Source: Acanthaster planci | Lineage: Eukaryota | Direction of reading: 5' to 3' | Assembly: GCF_001949145.1 (NCBI RefSeq) | Contig: NW_019091358.1 | Span: forward strand, 372,961-436,960 | Length of the DNA: 64,000 bases | The notes under the pieces: generated by a model | Database searches by the model: none | What the model saw: the letters and a program-made list of their open reading frames with translations, nothing else | Told to the model about the DNA's origin: nothing | Program-made: the position numbers and the translations under genes | Shown here: positions 60,001 to 64,000 of the stretch, in pieces | Position numbering within the stretch: position 1 is the first letter of the stretch | How the letters are laid out: every line of letters starts with the position of its first letter

Positions 60001-62223
60001 GCAAGTAATCCATTTCTGTGTATGGACCTGGTCTACATACATACGTTACTCAGGCATGGCTATGATTTCAAAGCTGAAACAGAACTAGTGGTAAGTTCCC
60101 ACCTACAATTTCTACAAACAAGCAATTGTTTCTCAGTGGACTTGACCAGTCAGTTGCCAAGACAGACCTTCAGGGCAGGAACTTCATTATTATTTCTCAT
60201 TTGGCCATTAGCTAGAGAGCAACCCTTTCTCAGAAAATGTTTTCAATGAGCACATTTTGATTTCACACTTTTAATAAGGATAAAAACATTACAGTCAGCG
60301 CGCAGCCCCTCCATTAGTGAGCAATTTTGGCGATTCCATTTGCACATGAAAACGATCTCGTGAGTACATGGGAGTTCGCGAGAAAAAACGAGAATACAGT
60401 AGTGTCCCTTCAACCGCCAGGAAATCCGTTGCTTCATTCTTGGGTTGAAATGGCTTGGTGAGTAGACAGTTTGACGTTTTTCACTATCAGTAAAGTTATG
60501 TTTCGGCAATGATCGACAATTTCCCAACGATTTATTTGGACATACATGTACACTTGCTTAGTGTTTTTCACGAAAATCACAGGCCTCCTCTTTATTAAGT
60601 GCGCCTGACTGTTTTGCAATAACTGGATAAAATTGAGACTTAAAATTCTTCAGGAAAAGGATTAAACATCTGTTTAATACCAACGTTTTTGCTGCTAGGC
60701 CAATCAAAATTTTAAAGTTTTATGCACTACTCACTCAGCGATCCCAGCAGTGTTTACATTTTTGCGAGACGAATGGTAAGTCTGGTTCCCTATTAAACGA
60801 CCAACATTCACTAGGTTTCCTTCACTGCAAAGTCTGGGTTCCCGATTTTGGTCACACGCATTTACGCGCATCTCTAATGTAATATGTCAATCAACCAATC
60901 ACAGATAGTCTTTCACGAAACACATACGACAGTTTTCTCGGTTAATCTCACGAAGTCTAAACCTGCAATAACGAAATACTTTGGGTGCACTTGACTGTTC
61001 CACAACGACTTGAAAAGTAAAAACTTCTTGTTTGGCTGGATATATGACATATCTATCTTTCTGCTGTCAAGAAGATTCTGCCGGCCAAGATTTGCATCCA
61101 CTAAAATCAGTTTTTTTGTACCCTCATTTTTACACACGAAAGCCTACATTTTACGGCTAATATCCTTCAAAAGAGACTGCAAATATTTGTATTTTTTACA
61201 AAGGACATGGAACTGATATCTGAACTGTTCATTTATGTAAAGATATTCCATTCTTAAAGGTAACACTAGGTGGTATACAATTTTGAAAAGTCCACATCAT
61301 AGCTCATTACATATGATTTAGACAGCTGTGCATACCCAGCAAATGAAAGGCACAGCTTTTATGGGTGCTGCGCGCTGACTGATAACTGAACAGCATCTTC
61401 CCTGCATGACATTACAGCAGTGCCTTCTATTGTCTAGAAAGACAGACAATTTAGAATGTTTAAAAAAGTGCACTTTTCAATTTTTACTAATAAGGATTGA
61501 GGACACTGACTATACATGTACAGGCATTAATTTAGGCTTCTACTGATTGGCCATCTGAAACTTTTAAGTGCAACTGCAGTGAATTTTTTTGAGGCACAAT
61601 TTTTCCTCAATTTTTATATTCCTCTTCAATGTATGAAAATTCCTATCTGGTTCAGTTCAGTTCATCGAAAGTGCATTTTTAAAACACTTAAAATTACCCA
61701 TGCTTTCCTGGACAACTGAGGGGGCTGTTCCTGTGAAGTCATCTGGGGAAGATACAGTTCGTTACATTTGTTTTTGTGAGCCCAGAATTTAATTTACTGA
61801 AAACATTTCTGAGAAAGGGATTGATGCATACTTATTGCTATGCACATTAACAATAAATCATTCTTGAAGAGAAAAATGAGGCCAGCAAAATCTGCAAAAA
61901 TAACATTGAGGCTTTCCTCCTGGGATGACATCACAGTTTTGCTAAAAAAAAAAAAAAAAAGAAGAGGCAGTACCTTTAAATAGTGAAACAGAGGTTGAAA
62001 CTAAGATTAACTGGGACACAAAAGTTCATTTTGAATATTTGTATTGAAACAAATTGATTGCAGCCTGCCTTTAATGGCCTCGTTTGAACGTTCTTTGCTT
62101 TCATTTTTACACGCTCAGATGAATGAAAGGATCCGTGGCTTTGAGATCAGCTGGGCGCTAGGGGCAACTATAGACCTGCTGCATTCACACTGGGACAAGT
62201 ATCAAAAGTCAGGCAATTTGTGA
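48049..62223 (+). CDS. ENTPD5/ENTPD6-like nucleoside diphosphatase (GDA1/CD39 family), 10 coding exons, ~483 aa, N-terminal signal/anchor
   Basis: Exons 48049-48367 (hydrophobic N-term; ACR1 DAGSTGSR), 48734-48813, 50814-50957 (ACR2 ATAGLR), 51578-51695 (ACR3 DGIHEG..W), 52445-52622 (ACR4 DLGGGSTQ), 54156-54259 (SYLGLGL), 57577-57816, 58554-58610, 59984-60090 (PFLCMDL), 62119-62223 (ACR5 SWALGA, stop). No C-terminal TM helix, as expected for the ENTPD5/6 clade. Cannot assign 5 vs 6. Confidence 0.93.
49501..50081. mobile_element. hAT-like MITE remnants with GAGTAC repeats
   Basis: CAGTGTCGTA start and TACAACACTG end (a second end-like TACAACATTG at ~49667). Arrays of GAGTA(C/T) occur in two similar blocks. 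Confidence 0.6.
53431..54063. mobile_element. Palindrome-headed repeat (possibly non-autonomous Crypton-like)
   Basis: ~170-bp imperfect palindrome centred on CGAGGCGAAGCTGAGG (GGAGTTGACAAACTAGTTCC / GGAACTAGTTTGTCAACTCC). TACTGTACCTCATTCATATT at 53601 pairs with AATATGTATGAGGTATAGTA at the far end. Confidence 0.6.
54566..55494 (+). mobile_element. Repeat family A copy interrupted by a nested element
   Basis: TTAA|CCACTTGCTGCGG ... GCGGCAGTAAGTGG|TTTA, with an insertion at 54920-55326. Confidence 0.85.
54920..55326. mobile_element. Repeat family C (CCCTAACCCTCCTCAATCCTCC-type ends) nested in family A
   Basis: ATAC|CCCTATCCCTCCTCAATCCTCC ... GAGGAGGTTAGGG|ATAC, with multiple internal GGAGGATT repeats. 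Confidence 0.75.
55683..55943. mobile_element. PIF/Harbinger-like MITE
   Basis: GGCCGTTTTCCAATACTCAACTTCG..CTCAGGCTTC / GAAGCCTGAG..CGAAGTTGAGTATTGGAAAACAGCC, flanked by TAG/TAA. Confidence 0.72.
58654..58940 (+). mobile_element. Degenerate tRNA-derived CORE-type SINE
   Basis: Eroded A/B boxes (GTGGCC.., GCTCAAATCC), CORE-like TGTGACCTTAGGCAAGTCACT, then CCACCCAAATG..TGGGCACC and an L2-like tail (TGTAAA..AGCACTTTG..CTATATCAATACTGCAATTACTACT). Confidence 0.65.
59496..59781. repeat. Near-perfect tandem duplication, 143-bp unit x2
   Basis: TGCTGGAAGTGTGAAGACATTTG...TAGCATGAAAAT starts at 59496 and again at 59639, with very few differences. Confidence 0.93.
60292..61381. mobile_element. ~1.1-kb non-coding TIR element (CAGTCAGCGCGCAGC ends) nested in an older long-TIR element (60222-61819)
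   Basis: CAGTCAGCGCGCAGCCCC / GGTGCTGCGCGCTGACTG. Outer arms CCCTTTCTCAGAAAATGTTTTCA and TGAAAACATTTCTGAGAAAGGG, plus inverted similarity between ~61385-61480 and ~61665-61765. Confidence 0.72.
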
Positions 62224-62387
62224 CGACGCACACACCAGGACTAGAAAAGCACATTTTGTGTTGGCTCACTAGATTTTCTAAATACTTCTATGGTTTCTTA
62301 TGTGATACTGTAAATTTCAGTTCCACATTTTATTTAGAATTTTTATACTAGTCAAAAATCTGGAAAAAATACTTTAAAGTGTATTAA

Positions 62388-62957
62388 CCACTTCCTGCGG
62401 GAGCAGATATCAATGTTGATGTTGCGGGGCCGGGATATTTATCATTTTTTTCTTTTTTCAAAATTCTTTAAAAATTCCTATCTTCATTTACTGGACGCTT
62501 ACAAACACGTGAAGGACTGTCTGGTGTCCACTGTAGTCTGACAGGCAAAATCTATTGACACCTGAGTATTTCAGCCAGGCTTGCAGCCTTGTAAAAAGAG
62601 CCCAGATTGTGCGGTGTAACTTTCTTTTGTTCACAAACCTGGCTCAGTGTGCTGCTGACCTCTTTTCAATAGGGGCCAGATTAGCATGCAGTGGTGCTGT
62701 GTGGCTCATCGCTACGGTGGTGGAGTGCTTTTGTCCCCGCTGGTAATCCACTCGCTCTAAATGCCCCAAACCGTGGTATACTGTTTCATAACAAGGCTGG
62801 ATTATTTCCACTTTTGAGAGTGAAACAATGTCGGTAATTCCCAGCAGCCTGGTCTTTTGTTCCCAGTACAGTCTTTTGTTACAAGGCCCTGTTCCCTGAC
62901 CCCAGCCACGCATATAAAGCATACATGGCCGGATCCGGAATCCCCTGCAGGGAGTGG
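62388..62957 (+). mobile_element. Repeat family A, full-length copy with intact TTAA target duplication, just 3' of the ENTPD stop
   Basis: TTAA|CCACTTCCTGCGGG ... CCCTGCAGGGAGTGG|TTAA. Confidence 0.9.
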
Positions 62958-64000
62958 TTAAATAGAAGCCAGTCATAAAACCTTTCAAAGTGTGCAATAG
63001 GTCTCTTTTCCCTTACAAAAATGTTTTTCAACAGAAGGAAGAATTTTTCCACTTGAATAATTAGATAACTTCTACATTAAAGACTTTCTTAAATTACATG
63101 CGTCTGTTTATTTTCTGACATTAACTTTTCATTCCATTTGTTAGAATCTGTTCATAGTTTCCAATGTATTAGTTTAAGAATTGCAATTAATCTACTAAAT
63201 TGTGAATTGAGACCAAATACAATAGTGAAAGCAGGAGCAAAGCAGATGCAACAGCATTTTCAGGTTCTGAATATTTTATTTTTCTGGTATTGAAACTTGA
63301 CTGTACCATTCTCCTGAGTTCTCTCTTTACAGTAGAAAAACACTTTGAATCATCTAAGCAGCATTTTAGTATTCATCTGATGAAATCTATTTTTGTAAAT
63401 ATGATCAACACCATTATCTAATGGTGCTGGAAAGCAGCTTTTCTAAGCTAGGGTCAATTTCAGGGTATACGTGCGGTTACTAGATCAGGAGTTTTATATT
63501 TGGAATATTCCTATTGTCTTCCAGCATAGTGACAGTACTTATATTATTGTTAATTTTGACATGGGCAATTTTCTTGAATAGATAGGAAACTTTTGTGATG
63601 AGTGACAATTTGAGGAAGCTGTAAAATGTACAAATGGTTTGAAACAATGATCAGGACAGAAGTTACTCTTAATGTAATGCTTATAAAAGGAATGCTTCAG
63701 TTTTGGGCCGTACAGGTGTTATTAACAGGATTTTTTATAAACCTACTGTTACTGGCAACTTTATTTCCTTTTCCAATCCTCCGGGTTAAAGGTTTTCTAA
63801 CACTTGTTCTTTGACGCTGTAATCACACCACAGAAATTACTTGCATGTCCCCAGAGGTCCTTTTTGAGCTTCTACTCTCTTTAAAATGAATGTTACATGA
63901 TGGCAATCAAGGAGAACCCTCAACATTTTTCACCCACATCATCTCCATTTTTATTAGGATGCCAAACCAAGTGATGCCTCATAACTAAGCTAAACACAAA

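Noticed and set aside
1..64000. CRISPR array, operon or other prokaryotic defence system
   Set aside because: The sequence is spliced eukaryotic DNA. There is no regularly spaced repeat-spacer array and no cas-like or RT ORF other than a LINE remnant.

Overview
Intron-rich, AT-rich animal (probably marine invertebrate) genomic DNA, not prokaryotic. There are two assembly gaps (8216-8791, 14917-15198). Five spliced genes can be reconstructed by hand with GT-AG junctions and consistent phases: BAZ1A/ACF1 (minus, running off the left edge before its bromodomain), NUDT22 (minus), RSPH9 (plus), MRPS18A (minus) and an ENTPD5/6-type apyrase (plus). NUDT22/RSPH9 and MRPS18A/ENTPD are head-to-head pairs, and RSPH9/MRPS18A converge. 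Introns hold many non-autonomous terminal-inverted-repeat (TIR) elements, often nested. These include five copies of a ~570-600 bp family with CCACTT-type ends at TTAA-like sites. There is also a pogo/Tigger remnant, an L2 LINE 3' fragment and a tRNA/CORE-type SINE. I find no clearly new multi-gene system. The best leads are a three-PHD BAZ1A built from duplicated exons, ancient microsynteny matching the vertebrate VEGF paralogon, a short hairpin family seen only in the two divergent promoters, a Pol III-type cassette inside a TIR element, and possible evidence that TACATGTA octamers are transposon footprints. Gene identities come from recalled homology, not database searches.
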